A stretch of 64,000 nucleotides of DNA from Dehalococcoidia bacterium (GCA_963665775.2 CAXXTF010000001.1:792339-856338); one strand, 5' to 3'. Shown: positions 29,100-40,657, numbered from the stretch's first letter. Numbers and translations: made by a program. The notes: generated from the sequence alone by a model not told the origin.

Positions 29100-29451
29100 G
29101 GTGTTCGCCGTATCTCCTCGGCGCTGAGCCCTCTGGGTGGGCTGGCCGAGGTGCCCGGCTTGCTCGATCCCGGCGCACCGTCGAGTTGCTCACCCTGAAG
29201 CCCAGCGCCCGTAACGCCCCGACGATGCGCATGCTGCCTCACAGACGGTTCTCTGCCGCCATCCGTTGAATCAGCGTCTGTAGCTCTGGATCGATCGGCG
29301 GCCTTCCCCCCAGGCCAAGGCGCTGGCCCAGATGAGGCCACCATGGTGTCCGGCGCCAGCGCAATACGGTGGCCCACTACAACGCGGGGCGGCCACATCG
29401 TGCGCTGGAGCTCGATCCGCCCTCCTGAGCTGTCCACCTTGCGCTGGTTTC
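29100..29451. mobile_element. Scrambled IS481-like transposase remnants in both orientations
   Basis: Minus strand GSMRIVGALRALGFRVSNSTVRR; plus strand HYNAGRPHRALEL. Confidence 0.65.
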
Positions 29452-29558
29452 AGGCGGCCGGATCATCGCCCGGCCTGTGCTTGGCGGCCTGCTCTACGAA
29501 TACGAAATGCAGGCAGCGTGATCACAGAACGCTGGCGGATCGGTTTTGTACCCCCACA
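29452..29558 (+). repeat. ~105-bp structured IS-end repeat, copy 3
   Basis: Aligns with 19634-19740. Confidence 0.9.
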
Positions 29559-29658
29559 GGCAACACTTTCATCGTGTTATTGACGCCTCGCGCGCCACGC
29601 TCGCCTGCGCACTGTAATATGATCTTCGGCGAGTCTGGAAGACTGTCCTGAAGGCCCT

Positions 29659-30924
29659 ATGCATTCCGCTCACATTACGCCCCGCGAGCCAGAACCTCCC
29701 GACACGGGATATCGTTGGGTTATGCTAGCGGGCCTCTGGGTCGGCTATGCTGGCTTTGGACTGGTCGCCTCCTCCGTAGCACCTCTCATCAAGCCCATGA
29801 GCGAGGACTTCGGCCTAAGCCGAGCCGCCATGGGAAGTGTGCTTGGCGCTTGGCCCCTCGTGTACATTGCCGCCTCTATCCCTGCCGGTGTGATCGTCGA
29901 CCGCTTCGGGTTGCGGCGTTCTCTGGCTGCAGGCATCTTCCTGATCGCCCTCTCTGGCGGCTTGAGGGCCGTTTCCGTGGATTACGTGACGTTGTTTGTC
30001 GCGGTGGGGGTCTTCGGCCTGGGCGGTCCCTTGGTCTCCGTGGGCGCCCCGAAGCTCGTCAACGTGTGGTTCAGCGAAAAGGAACGCGGACTGGCCTTGG
30101 GCATTTATCTGACTGGCCCATTGATCGGGGGCATCGTGGCCCTTGCCACTGCCAACAGCCTTCTAATGCCTCTCACCGGGTCCAGCTGGCGACTCACGAT
30201 AGGCATCTATGCGGCGGCGGCACTCCTGACCGGAGTGATCTGGTCGCTTCTGGCCCGGGAACCCGAGCGCTCTTCCGAGTCCATCCCTGGAGCTGCGCCA
30301 GCCATCAGTTCCGTCCTCACGTCAATTCCCCAGCTGCTCCGCAGTAGAGTCGTGCAAATCATCATTCTCGTCAGCTTCAGTTCGTTGCTGTACGGCCAAA
30401 GCTTTAGCAGCTGGCTGCCTGAGATCCTTCGCTCCAGGGGCATGGGTTCGGCTGAGGCCGGCTTTTGGGCGGCATTGCCGACGGCGGTTGGGATCGTTAG
30501 CACCCTCACCATCCCACGGTTGGCGACGCCCGGGCGGCGAATCCCGATACTGGTTGGCCTGTCTGTCGTTGGAGGGATCGGTCCGCTGCTAATTGGTACC
30601 ACGGAAGGGGTACCACTAGCGCTAGGGTTGGTGCTCCAAGGCGCCCGCTTTAGCGTGATTCCCGTCGCCCTGCTGATCCTCATGGATGCGCCCCAGGTCG
30701 GCCCGGACAACATGGGGGCTGCCGGCGGACTCTACTTCACCGCCGGCCAGACGGGCGGTGTGCTGGGCCCGCTGCTCATGGGTATCCTCGCAGACCTCAC
30801 TGGCGGCTTCCTGAGCGGGCTGATCATGCTTGCTGGGCTGAGTGTCGCTCTCTCGTTTCTCACCCTTGGCTTAAGACTTGCTCAACGAAGCGACGCGGAA
30901 CATCTGGCCGTCGCATCCACCTGA
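29659..30924 (+). CDS. MFS transporter (CynX-like)
   Basis: GVIVDRFGLRR, WFSEKERGLALG, about 12 TM segments. Confidence 0.93.
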   Translation: MHSAHITPREPEPPDTGYRWVMLAGLWVGYAGFGLVASSVAPLIKPMSEDFGLSRAAMGSVLGAWPLVYIAASIPAGVIVDRFGLRRSLAAGIFLIALSGGLRAVSVDYVTLFVAVGVFGLGGPLVSVGAPKLVNVWFSEKERGLALGIYLTGPLIGGIVALATANSLLMPLTGSSWRLTIGIYAAAALLTGVIWSLLAREPERSSESIPGAAPAISSVLTSIPQLLRSRVVQIIILVSFSSLLYGQSFSSWLPEILRSRGMGSAEAGFWAALPTAVGIVSTLTIPRLATPGRRIPILVGLSVVGGIGPLLIGTTEGVPLALGLVLQGARFSVIPVALLILMDAPQVGPDNMGAAGGLYFTAGQTGGVLGPLLMGILADLTGGFLSGLIMLAGLSVALSFLTLGLRLAQRSDAEHLAVAST

Positions 30925-31487
30925 CGAGGATCTAACGCTGAAGATCGATGCAGGGTGACAACATTGGATCATTCACGCCACTTTTCTCGATCACACATAG
31001 TATTGCCGTGAGTCAAGACTCGTGCCACCAACAGGTTCCCGCTGTGAGTCAGACCTATGCGGCTCACGTGATACTGGGCAGCCGGTCTGACATAGACGGA
31101 CGGTTCACCTGGTTGCAGGCGCACGCGTGTTCTATGATAGGGGCTGAAATGACCGATCAGCGTTCGTCAATGACGACGTCTCCGATGATCACTGCTGTTG
31201 GGTGAACATAGGAGCTGGCTCCTATCCTGGGTGTCCCGCCCTCGAACTCGTAGATCGGCATATCTATCCTCCCTTCCACCTAATATAATGACTCTTGTTT
31301 CCGGGCTCCCTCGACTGTCGCAAAACCGCTATAGGCGCACCACGGACAGAAGTATCGAGATGAATGAGTCGCGAACCATTCGGGCGTTGTTTCTTGCTGC
31401 GATCGCCATCGCGATCGCGCCGGCGGCGTTCGGTGTCTCGGTGATCGCCGGTGCCGGCGGCTGGGATTCAACCGCGGAAAGGCCTCC

Positions 31488-32411
31488 GTGAGCAAAAAGG
31501 AAGCATCAGTGGCGGAAGAGTTCATGGTTCGGTCCATCCTCTTCGTTCCGGCCATTCAGCCGCGTTTCATCGAGAAAGCACCCACTGTGGGCGCCGATGC
31601 CATCTGCCTGGATCTAGAGGATTCTGTTCCGCCAACTCGGAAGGCGAATGCTAGGGAGATGGTCGGAGAAGCCATGGCGGCGATGAGCGGGCAAGGTCTA
31701 CTTCTGCTCGTGCGGGTTAACGGATTGGATACTGGGCTTCTAGAGGACGACCTTGCGGCTGTGCTGAGCCCTGAGCTCTACGGGATTAGCCTGCCCAAGG
31801 CGCATACACCCGAAATCGTCAAGGAGGTCGATGCCTCACTGGGGCGACTGGAGCGTGAGTGCGGCATGGCCGAGGGCCGGACGAAGCTGGTTCCCTGGAT
31901 TGAGTCGGCCCTGGCTGTATGGCGGTCATACGACGTGTGCCATGCCAGTCCGCGGGTAGTGGGGGCGGCCTTCGGCGCGGAGGACTTTACGGCTGATATG
32001 GGTATCTCGCGCTCGAAGCAGGGACTGGAAATAGCCTGGCCGCGGGCGGCAGTCGCGGTCGCTGCCAGAGGGGCTGGCATCGTATCACTGGGTACCGTCG
32101 TGGTCGACTTCAACGACCAGGAGTTCTTGGAGGAGGATTGCCGTCTGGAGCGCTCCCTAGGCTACCAGGGAAAGTTCTGTATCCACCCCCGCCAGGTCGA
32201 GGTCGTTAATCGAGTGTTCAGGCCCGCCGACGATGAGATCGATCAGGCGAGAAGGGTGATCCTCGCGTACGAGACTGGTGAGACCCAGGGCGTAGGCGCC
32301 GTTGCTCTGGATGGCGAGATGGTGGATAGACCAGTCTATGTTCGGGCTCAGCGGCTCCTTGATAGGGCCTCCGCATTCGAGCGCATATCTGGACTGACGG
32401 ACGACCGCTAG
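31488..32411 (+). CDS. CitE/HpcH-like CoA-ester lyase
   Basis: RSILFVP, DLEDSV, VRVN, FGAEDF, IHPRQ, DGEMVDRP. Confidence 0.93.
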   Translation: MSKKEASVAEEFMVRSILFVPAIQPRFIEKAPTVGADAICLDLEDSVPPTRKANAREMVGEAMAAMSGQGLLLLVRVNGLDTGLLEDDLAAVLSPELYGISLPKAHTPEIVKEVDASLGRLERECGMAEGRTKLVPWIESALAVWRSYDVCHASPRVVGAAFGAEDFTADMGISRSKQGLEIAWPRAAVAVAARGAGIVSLGTVVVDFNDQEFLEEDCRLERSLGYQGKFCIHPRQVEVVNRVFRPADDEIDQARRVILAYETGETQGVGAVALDGEMVDRPVYVRAQRLLDRASAFERISGLTDDR

Positions 32412-32581
32412 GTCTGGCGGCGGCGGCATCTAATGTGACCGCTGGGGCCATGTGAATGGTCGACCAGGGCTCGCCGGTGCCAACGGTTGCAGGCGTAACT
32501 CCTTTGTTGGCGAAGCGATGACCGGTGGCACTAGCTGTCGTTTGCCCACTGCAGAGCGATCTCTTTCTGTGTCGTCTCAAC

Positions 32582-32649
32582 GGTTCTGTCAGAACTCAGG
32601 GCTCGGGGGTAAGCTTGTCTCAATGTAGGAGAGGGGTTCTGTCAGAACC
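32582..32649. mobile_element. 68-bp IS6 remnant: left end plus a second IR
   Basis: Matches the left end of the 14022-14968 IS6 up to its RBS, then GGTTCTGTCAGAACC. Confidence 0.85.
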
Positions 32650-32812
32650 TTTGATACGGAGCTAAGTACGGAGCCCTAGACCTTAGTCAAGCTGAGAGCA
32701 AACACTCTATCTGGCCGAGTCGCGCTGGTGACTGGCGCAAATGGCCCCGGTTCACCTAGGTAGGCTGCTCCGCAGATACCGATCCAATCTATGACCGCCA
32801 CGCCCGTTATTG

Positions 32813-33871
32813 CTAGACGCCGGAGGCCGCCGTCCTGGTCGTCCCCGCAAGCTGAGCGATAAGCTCGATGGCCTCGGGCTCGTCCGCCTGAATCCTCAGT
32901 CCGGTCACGCCCGCCTGCTCCCACCGCCTGTACCGTTCCTTGATTCGTGTCGGCGGGCCGATGAGGCTCATCTCGTCGCAATACTCGTCAGGTACGGCTT
33001 CGATCGCCTCCGCCCTTCGCCCGGAGAGGAAGAGGTCCTGGATGCGATCAGCGGCGTCTTTGTAACCGAGCATGATCATCGCTTCTTTATGGAAGTTCTT
33101 CTCCTTGTGTCCCATGCCGCCCACGTACCAGGCGAAGTGCTCCTTGATCGGCCGCAAGCCATCCCGCACGTCGCCAGTGATATGGACCTTCACCATGGGG
33201 TGAATTTCTAAGTCATTGAACGACTTCCCATTCCCTGCCCTCCGAAATCCCTCCTCCAGCCAGGGGCGGAAGAACTTCATGCTGTCCGGCATGAAGTTCC
33301 CGGGCAGCCAGCCGTCGGCAATCTCCGCCGTCAGCTTCACCATTGACTCCATCCTCGTGCCGAGCCAGATCGGTATGTTCGGGTTCATGTGCAAGATCGA
33401 CTTCAGCGGTTTGCCCATGTCGACCGATCCCGGGCCGGTGTACGGAAGCGATATCTCCTTTCCGCCGTGCGTAACCGGCCTCTCCCGCTTGAAGATCTTG
33501 CGCATGATCGTGACGTAGTCACGGACGCGGTAGTACGGGCGGCCCCAGGGCTGACCGTACCACCCCTCGACGATCTGCGGCCCCGATACACCAATCCCCG
33601 CGACAACCCGGTCACCGCCGGCCAGCGCGTCGAGCGTGCCAAAGGTCATCGCCGCGGCCGCCGGCGTTCGGGCCGCGAGCTGCATGATGCCCGTGCCGAG
33701 CTTGATGCGACTGGTCGCTGCTGCCAGATAGGCGAGCGGCGTTATCGCGTCGGAGCCGTAAGCCTCCGCCGACCAGACGTATTCGTAACCCAGCCGCTCG
33801 GCCAGCTGCACCTTCTCAATCGGCAGGCGCAACTCTGCGCCGGAATACCCGATGCTCAGTCCAAGTTTCAT
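32813..33871 (-). CDS. LLM-class F420-dependent oxidoreductase
   Basis: MKLG, WSAEAYGSDA, GTGIMQLAARTP, GVSGPQIVEGWYG, AEIADGW. Confidence 0.93.
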   Translation of the reverse strand: MKLGLSIGYSGAELRLPIEKVQLAERLGYEYVWSAEAYGSDAITPLAYLAAATSRIKLGTGIMQLAARTPAAAAMTFGTLDALAGGDRVVAGIGVSGPQIVEGWYGQPWGRPYYRVRDYVTIMRKIFKRERPVTHGGKEISLPYTGPGSVDMGKPLKSILHMNPNIPIWLGTRMESMVKLTAEIADGWLPGNFMPDSMKFFRPWLEEGFRRAGNGKSFNDLEIHPMVKVHITGDVRDGLRPIKEHFAWYVGGMGHKEKNFHKEAMIMLGYKDAADRIQDLFLSGRRAEAIEAVPDEYCDEMSLIGPPTRIKERYRRWEQAGVTGLRIQADEPEAIELIAQLAGTTRTAASGV

Positions 33872-34523
33872 TGCTGCCTCCCTGTGCCTGCGTCGTCCAA
33901 GCAGATTGGGGTTCCAAGTCGTTGACAGGTAGGTGTTGCCCCTTGCTTGATGGCTTTCGTGACTGGTGCGCTCGACTGTGGGCACGTCACCCCGGATCTT
34001 AACACACTCAGAGGGTCTCCTTATCAGGCCGGCCCACCGCACAGGGCTGGAGAGGGTAGAGCGGGGCAAAGCACCGCAACCAGAGCTTCCGGTGATGTTC
34101 CTCTGTACCGGCGTGTGAGCTCCTCGTAGTCATGCGGAAGCCATAGAGCAGCCTGGCAAACGCGAAGGAGCCCGGTCTCAAGATCGACATCCCGCACCCC
34201 CGCTTTAATGGCCTTATGGCGGGAAGGATACCACCGACATTGGGTGCTCTGGTAGCCTCGCTTGGCGGGCATTCCACGACTCCAGACCTTGGTGTGGGAT
34301 GGGCGATATTCAGACGGATCGTCATGCATGTGACGGATCGTGATGTCGCCGAGTTCGACGAGGAAATCCGGCAGGACCATACGGTCCAGGGCTTACCCTC
34401 GCAATAAGTGTTACGATTCTCGCGAGCCCGGCATTCCAACAATAGCGGCTGTGTCGGCTGGGCATCTGCTTGGCAAGTCTGCAGGTAATCGGCGAGCCGG
34501 TCTGTTGAACTAGGAGGCTTCAG

Positions 34524-34979
34524 GTGAGCGAAACCAATTGGGAGCAACTGATCCGGGACACCATAGATGGTGGAACGCCCCTCACCAAGAATGTGTTCGG
34601 TGGAACACATTCGATGACCGCGCAAGAGGTGTTGGAATTCCTCCAGAAGAACCGAGCCATGGTCATTTCCACGGTTGCTCCGTCTGGGGCACCCCACATC
34701 ACAAGCGTTGGCATCGTTGTCGTGATGGGCAATATCTATTTCAGGATCGCCCCACAATCCGCTGTTTACAGACATATTCGAAGGAATCCCAGGGTGGCTG
34801 TCGCCTTCGTAGAGCCGCCTTTCGCGGTGAACGTCTTCATTGAAGGATCAGTGCGCCTGCTCGATGAGGCAAGCGAAGCGACTTTGTCGATCCGCTCTGC
34901 CTTCAGCGAGAAGATGAGCTTTGATCCGGAGATTCTCGGCGAGCTTGTCCCCGACAAGGTTTTCACGTACCAGGACTAG
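34524..34979 (+). CDS. Pyridoxamine 5'-phosphate oxidase-like (PPOX) protein
   Basis: ISTVAPSGAPH, HIRRNPRVAV, IEGSVR. Confidence 0.85.
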   Translation: MSETNWEQLIRDTIDGGTPLTKNVFGGTHSMTAQEVLEFLQKNRAMVISTVAPSGAPHITSVGIVVVMGNIYFRIAPQSAVYRHIRRNPRVAVAFVEPPFAVNVFIEGSVRLLDEASEATLSIRSAFSEKMSFDPEILGELVPDKVFTYQD

Positions 34980-35419
34980 CGCGGCATCTGCCTCGACAAT
35001 GGATGGCGTTTGCTCGACGGGCAAGGAACGTACATCCGGGCTACGTCCTCAAGTTATTCCGTCAGGAGCTGGTATTGGGCTACATATTCGGGGATCGCGC
35101 TAGCCATTACGATCCAAGGGTTATTCATAGAGCTCCTCGTTGAGATTCCGTTCGTGGTGTTCAGACTGGTCGAGTAAGCCGGGTGTGTCTGCGCGTGCCC
35201 CTGGGGTGAGCCCCGGCGCCTCGTCCGACTCCTGGCAGGCCAGCAGGCCGGCGTCAGAGGTAATCTTGGCACCCCACAGTCTTTGGCCCGGAGGCGGTGG
35301 CTGAACCCACCTTGGGCCAGCGTTGCCAACCGCCCTTCCACCCTGGCTTTCAGTTCAGCAGGGGCGACAAAGTGACCTTGCGCCCTCTCCTGGGCAGGGT
35401 CACGATCTTCGCGTGTCAT

Positions 35420-36091
35420 CTAGAGGAGCTCGATAGGTTTGAGCTGCGGGCTGAGGATGAGGCGGGGTTCCGTAAGGCTCTGCACCTCTTCTGCTGTCCA
35501 GCCCGGGGCCATCTCTTGCAGCACCAGCCCCTGGGGAGTCACCGCCATAACGGCAACGTCGGTTACGATGAGGTCTACACAGGCGGGGGCTGTCAGGGGA
35601 AAGGAGCAGCGTTTCAGAATCTTGAGCTGGCCGTCCTTGGTGGTGTGGGCCATGACGACGATGACCCGCTTGGCGCAGAACGCCAGGTCCATGCCGCCAC
35701 CCAGGCTGCCGATAGCCTTTCCGGGCAGGAGCCAGTTGGCCAGATCACCTTGTTCAGAGACTTGCAGTCCCCCTAAGACGGCCAGATCTATATGGCCACC
35801 CCGCACCATGCTGAAGCTCTCGGCGTGCTCGAAGAGGCTCATGCCGGCTTGGCGGGAGATGGGCTGGACGCCAGCGTTGATGAAGTCGATGTCCGCCTCC
35901 TCTGGGTCCTGGATGATGGAGCCAAAGCCCAGGGCACCGTTCTCAGTATGGAAAAGGATCTCTACATCGGGTGGCACGAAGTTGGAACATAGGGTCGGGA
36001 TGCCAAAGCCCAGGTTGACGATCATACCGTCCTGGAACTCCTTGGCCACCCGTAAGGCCATGGTTTGTTCGTCTAACCGCTCGTCGGCCAT
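35420..36091 (-). CDS. 3-oxoacid CoA-transferase subunit B
   Basis: VNLGFGIPT, HTENG (catalytic Glu), RGGHIDLAVLG, GGGMDL. Confidence 0.96.
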   Translation of the reverse strand: MADERLDEQTMALRVAKEFQDGMIVNLGFGIPTLCSNFVPPDVEILFHTENGALGFGSIIQDPEEADIDFINAGVQPISRQAGMSLFEHAESFSMVRGGHIDLAVLGGLQVSEQGDLANWLLPGKAIGSLGGGMDLAFCAKRVIVVMAHTTKDGQLKILKRCSFPLTAPACVDLIVTDVAVMAVTPQGLVLQEMAPGWTAEEVQSLTEPRLILSPQLKPIELL

Positions 36092-36100
36092 CGCTAACTC

Positions 36101-36868
36101 CTAGAGGGGCTCATCCCAGGGTGGTAGCCGTGCGGGCCGCACCACCACTCGCTGCGCGTAGAGGCCTGGGGTGATGATCTGTTCGGAGTCCAACTCCCCC
36201 AGCTCTACTACCTCATCCACCTCGGCGATGGTGATAGTGGAGGCGCCGGCCATGGTGCCGTTAAAGGTGCGGGAAGTGCCCCTATAGACTAGGTTGCCGT
36301 AGCGATCAGCTTTGTGGGCGCGGATGAGGGAGAAATCGCCACCAAGGGCAGGCTCCAGGAGGTGGGGGCGTCCGTTGAACTGGCGGACCTCCTTGCCCGC
36401 CTCGGCGATAGTGCCGGGGCCCACCGGCGTATAGAAGGCAGCGATGCCGCTCTTGGCCGCTCGAATGCGCTCGGCTAGGGTGCCTTGTGGCACCAGCTCC
36501 AGCTCCGCTTTGCCCTCCGCTACGGCCCTTTCCACAGGCATGAGCATGGCGGGCGAGGGAGCGTCCGGGTAGGAGAAGATGCCCTTTTTCAGTTGACCGC
36601 GTTCTACCAGGAGTCCATGGTCAACGAACTCTGGCGGAAAGGCGATGAGATTGCGCATGCGCTCCCTGATCACGGGGAAAAGGTTAGTCCCCCAGCCTCC
36701 CAGGTTGCCAACGATGGTCAGCTCCTTCGCTCCCTTGCGGGCCACAGCGGCGATGAGGCAGCTGGGGCACTCGCCGGGGCCGGCGAAGCCACCAATGAGG
36801 AGGGTGGCCCCGTCGGCGACGTCGGCCACCGCTTCATCGAAGCTGCCTACTACTTTGTCTATGGCCAT
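36101..36868 (-). CDS. 3-oxoacid CoA-transferase subunit A
   Basis: DGATLLIGGF, PQGTLAERIRA, KADRYGNL. Confidence 0.95.
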   Translation of the reverse strand: MAIDKVVGSFDEAVADVADGATLLIGGFAGPGECPSCLIAAVARKGAKELTIVGNLGGWGTNLFPVIRERMRNLIAFPPEFVDHGLLVERGQLKKGIFSYPDAPSPAMLMPVERAVAEGKAELELVPQGTLAERIRAAKSGIAAFYTPVGPGTIAEAGKEVRQFNGRPHLLEPALGGDFSLIRAHKADRYGNLVYRGTSRTFNGTMAGASTITIAEVDEVVELGELDSEQIITPGLYAQRVVVRPARLPPWDEPL

Positions 36869-36964
36869 CGTATCAGTGTCTGCATCCTGGGGTTTCCCCC
36901 GTTCTGGGTGAGCGATTGATGGATTGCAGCTCTATAGCGATCTCTTCCCAGTTGGCGCGACCCG

Positions 36965-38113
36965 CTAGAAAGCGGATATGCCCAGCAGCTCTCTCCCTAG
37001 AAGAAGCTTCTGGATCTGAGTCGTGCCCTCGTATATGCTCAAGCCGATAGCATCCCCTAACAGGCCCTGGATGGGAAGGTCATCCACGTAGCCGGCTCCA
37101 CCATGAAGGGAGATCGCGTTACGCGCCGCACTAACTGCTGCCTCCGTCGCAAATTGCTTGCCCATCACAATTTGCCGCGTCGGCCATTCGCCTTCATCCA
37201 GCAATCTCGCGGCCTCCAGGGTCAACAGGCGCGCGGCTTCGCAGCTGGTGGCCATGTCCGCCACAATCTCTTGGATCAGCTGATGGCCGCCAATCGGCTT
37301 GCCCCATTGGGTGCGCTGCCTGGCGTAAGAGATGCAGGCGTCCAAGCAGGTCTGGATGACGCCGACTGCGCAGGCGGCCGTGGCCATCCGGCCAATCGTG
37401 AGGGATGTCTGGGCGATTCTGAAGCCATCCCCAACCGCCCCCAAAATGCGATCGGCGCCCGCTCTAACACCGTCGAAGTGGAGCACGGCAGTGTTAGATG
37501 AGTGAAGGCCCAGCTTGCCCGGTATGGACTCCCTACGAAGACCGGGAGAGTTCCCGTCCACGAGGAAAGTAGCGAGACCTTTGTGGCGGCTACCTGGCTC
37601 CGTCTGCGCGAAAACCACAATGAGATCGGCAATGGAGCCGTTTGATATCCAATACTTACTTCCCCTCAATTCCCAACCGCCTTCGCCTGGATTGGCAGAT
37701 AACTCCAATTCAGCAGGGTCTGAGCCAACATTCGGTTCGGACAGGGCGAAGGCTCCTACTCTCCGTCCGTTCAGCAGCGCCGGCAGATAGGAGCGCCGCT
37801 GATCCTCGCTCCCGAAGCGGTGAATAGCGGTCCCAACCAAAGAGATCGGCACGGCAAGGGCAGACGTGTATACGGAGGGGCTGACCCCACCGATGGCCTC
37901 ACATATGAGCGCATAGGAAACGTAATCAATCTTGACCCCACCGTACTGCTCAGGAAAAGGGCTCGGAACCAGCCCCACCTCGTCCATCTTTCTGAGGACA
38001 TCAATGGGGAATGAGTCGTCGGCCTCTCGGGATTTGATGAAAGGTTTGATTTCTCGGTCTGCAAACCCCTTGGCCGCCTTGTACACCATTTGCTGGGCCT
38101 CGGTTAAGCGCAT
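36965..38113 (-). CDS. Acyl-CoA dehydrogenase
   Basis: FALSEPNVGSD, GSKYWISNG, RTQWGKPIG, IYEGTTQIQ. Confidence 0.96.
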   Translation of the reverse strand: MRLTEAQQMVYKAAKGFADREIKPFIKSREADDSFPIDVLRKMDEVGLVPSPFPEQYGGVKIDYVSYALICEAIGGVSPSVYTSALAVPISLVGTAIHRFGSEDQRRSYLPALLNGRRVGAFALSEPNVGSDPAELELSANPGEGGWELRGSKYWISNGSIADLIVVFAQTEPGSRHKGLATFLVDGNSPGLRRESIPGKLGLHSSNTAVLHFDGVRAGADRILGAVGDGFRIAQTSLTIGRMATAACAVGVIQTCLDACISYARQRTQWGKPIGGHQLIQEIVADMATSCEAARLLTLEAARLLDEGEWPTRQIVMGKQFATEAAVSAARNAISLHGGAGYVDDLPIQGLLGDAIGLSIYEGTTQIQKLLLGRELLGISAF

Positions 38114-38327
38114 GCTTCACTCCTTATAAGAGCATTCGGCCAACTCGTCGGCCAAGATCTTCTTCCCTTCAGTTGTCGACTCTTCGCCGTCTTGTCACTC
38201 CGGTTGTTGCCGCGAGATTGGCCGTCTTCGCGGACTAGCTTGCTTTAGAACCTCATTCTTGCGATCTGTACCATTTCCAACCCATCGGCATTACACTTGA
38301 TTGGAGACTCTCCTCGAATTCGTCTGA

Positions 38328-39986
38328 TCAGATCGCCGTCCTTTGCTGGTACTCCCCGAAGACCTCTCGCATCACGTTGCAGATCTCTCCCAGGGTGCAA
38401 TAAGCTTTTACGGCGTCCAGTAGGTAGGGCATCACGCTATCAGCCCCACGGCAGGCCTTCTCCAGAGCGCGGAGGCGGCGGGCGGCCTCCCGGTTGTCCC
38501 GCTCCCGGCGGGCCCGTTTCAGCCGTTCGATCTGCCGCCTCTCCCCCTGGGGGTCCATCTCAAGGACGGGTATCTCGATGGGCTCGTCCAGGTTGTACTC
38601 GTTGACGCTCACGATGATCCGCTGCTTGGCCTCGATCTCCTGCTGGTAGCGGTAGGAGGAGTCGGCGATCTCCCGCTCGAAGAAGCCAGCCTCGATGGCT
38701 GGCAGCACTCCCCCCAGGTCGTCGATGCGGCGGAAGTATTGGTAGCACTCTTCCTCGGTCTCCCGGGTGAGGGCTTCGACGAAGAAGCTGCCTCCCAGGG
38801 GGTCCACCGTGTTGGCTACGCCCGACTCGTGAGCGATGACCTGCTGGGTGCGCAGGGCCAGGCGGGCCGCCTTCTCGCTGGGCAGGGCTACCGCTTCATC
38901 CATGGAATTTGTGTGCAGGGACTGGGTACCACCCAGGACTCCGGCCAGGGCCTGGATGGTGGTGCGGATCAGGTTCACCTCGGGCTGCTGCGCCGTCAGG
39001 GACGCCCCTGCCGTCTGGGTATGGAATCGGAGACGCCAGGAGCGTGGGTTCCGGGCCCCGAACCGCTCTCGCACCTCTCGTGCCCAGATGCGGCGAGCGG
39101 CCCGGAACTTGGCCACCTCCTCGAAGAAGTCGTTGTGGCAGTCGAAGAAGAAAGAGAGCCGGGGGGCGAAGTCGTCGATCCGCATTCCTCGCTCCAGGCA
39201 CCAACGCACGTACTCGAAACCGTCGGCCAGGGTAAAGGCCAGCTCCTGGGCCGCCGTTGCGCCCGCCTCACGGATGTGATAGCCGGAGATACTGATAGTG
39301 TTCCAGAGGGGCATCTCCCGCGCGCCGAACTCGATGGTGTCTACTACCAGCCTCATGGAAGGGTCTGGCGGAAAGATGAACTCATTCTGCGCGATATATT
39401 CCTTTAGAATGTCGTTTTGAATTGTGCCAGCGAGGTTCGTGCGCGGGATGTGGCGCTTCTCGGCGGCGGCAATGTACATCGCCCAGATGACGGCCGCCGG
39501 AGAGCTGATCGTCATGGAGGTCGTGATCTGGTCTAGAGGCAGGCCGTCCAGCAGGATCTCCATGTCCCCCAGATGCGAGACGGCGACGCCGCACTTCCCA
39601 AATTCGCCAAGCGCTTGAGGAGCGTCGGTATCGTAGCCGTAGAGGGTCGGCAGGTCGAAGGCGATTGACAGGCCGTCGTTGCCCTGCGAGAGTAAGTAAT
39701 GGAAGCGTGCGTTCGTCTCCTCGGCGCTGCCGAAGCCGGCGAACATTCGCCTAGTCCAGAGCTTCCCGCGGTACCCTGTCGCGTGGATGCCTCGGGTGTA
39801 GGGGTAGTGGCCGGGAAGGCCGATATCACGCTGATAATCGAGGTTGGGGAGGTCCGTCGGGTCGTAGACGCGGCGGACGGGCCGGCTGGATGTCGTCATG
39901 AACGGATCTGACCGCTCGCCGTCTACCTGCGCGTCCTGCGCGGCCCTCTCTTCCGATAGCTTGCGGAGCTGCCTCGCATCGTACAT
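38328..39986 (-). CDS. B12-dependent acyl-CoA mutase large subunit, isobutyryl-CoA mutase-type
   Basis: [50 protein letters not shown]; no B12-binding domain. Confidence 0.93.
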   Translation of the reverse strand: MYDARQLRKLSEERAAQDAQVDGERSDPFMTTSSRPVRRVYDPTDLPNLDYQRDIGLPGHYPYTRGIHATGYRGKLWTRRMFAGFGSAEETNARFHYLLSQGNDGLSIAFDLPTLYGYDTDAPQALGEFGKCGVAVSHLGDMEILLDGLPLDQITTSMTISSPAAVIWAMYIAAAEKRHIPRTNLAGTIQNDILKEYIAQNEFIFPPDPSMRLVVDTIEFGAREMPLWNTISISGYHIREAGATAAQELAFTLADGFEYVRWCLERGMRIDDFAPRLSFFFDCHNDFFEEVAKFRAARRIWAREVRERFGARNPRSWRLRFHTQTAGASLTAQQPEVNLIRTTIQALAGVLGGTQSLHTNSMDEAVALPSEKAARLALRTQQVIAHESGVANTVDPLGGSFFVEALTRETEEECYQYFRRIDDLGGVLPAIEAGFFEREIADSSYRYQQEIEAKQRIIVSVNEYNLDEPIEIPVLEMDPQGERRQIERLKRARRERDNREAARRLRALEKACRGADSVMPYLLDAVKAYCTLGEICNVMREVFGEYQQRTAI

Positions 39987-40657
39987 TTGGCTATGCTCCT
40001 CTTAGTCGGACTGCTTGACCTTGCTGATCTGCACGAGCGTATCTAGGCCGATTAGATCCGCAGTAAAGACTCACTCACCATAGCTTATCACTCGCTGGTT
40101 GGGGCGTCATGCTTGCTCACTGTTGGCCGTGGCAGCGCGCTCGTCTCCGCGGGAGCACAGTACGCCGGAAAGCATATTTGCAATGGCGCCTACTTAGGTT
40201 ATGATCGGGCCATACTCTGGCATGGTGCCCGGGGTAGATCGATGCAGGAGACAGGCATGCGTGGTAACGGGCCACTTATGGAATACGCCGGCTGCCGATG
40301 ACCTCTCCCAGGAGATCGAGGCGAAAGGCCTCACCTACACCACCCCGACCCGTACTAGACCCTCCGCCCACAGTGACCGTTTGGCGTAATGCTGCTCACC
40401 CGTCGCACATCAACCTGCCCGTTATCCAAGGATAAAGGGCGGCGCAACAGCATCTTCCACCAGATACAGCGGCGGCTCATCGAGCTCGCCGCTTACCAGC
40501 CGGCGTTCAATACACCCATCTCGGATATAGGCATCATCAGCAGCGCGCCGCCTTCGCTACGTCAGGTCTACCGCTCCGGCTCCATTGCCCTGACGTAGGG
40601 AGCGACGAGAATTCGGAATTCGAGCTAGGTCTCCACAGGAAAGGATGTAGTCACACC

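Noticed and set aside
19634-29558. 105-bp repeats as integron attC sites
   Set aside because: No RYYYAAC/GTTRRRY boxes and no IntI; the ends match IS termini
32465-32505. Short similarity to about 51275-51310 (CGCCGGTGCCAACG.TTGCAGG.GTAACT)
   Set aside because: A real ~30-bp match, but too short to assign; probably a remnant of another decayed element
39990-40650. Cobalamin riboswitch or mutase small subunit upstream of the mutase
   Set aside because: No B12-box or DxHxxG motif recognised; only degraded coding scraps
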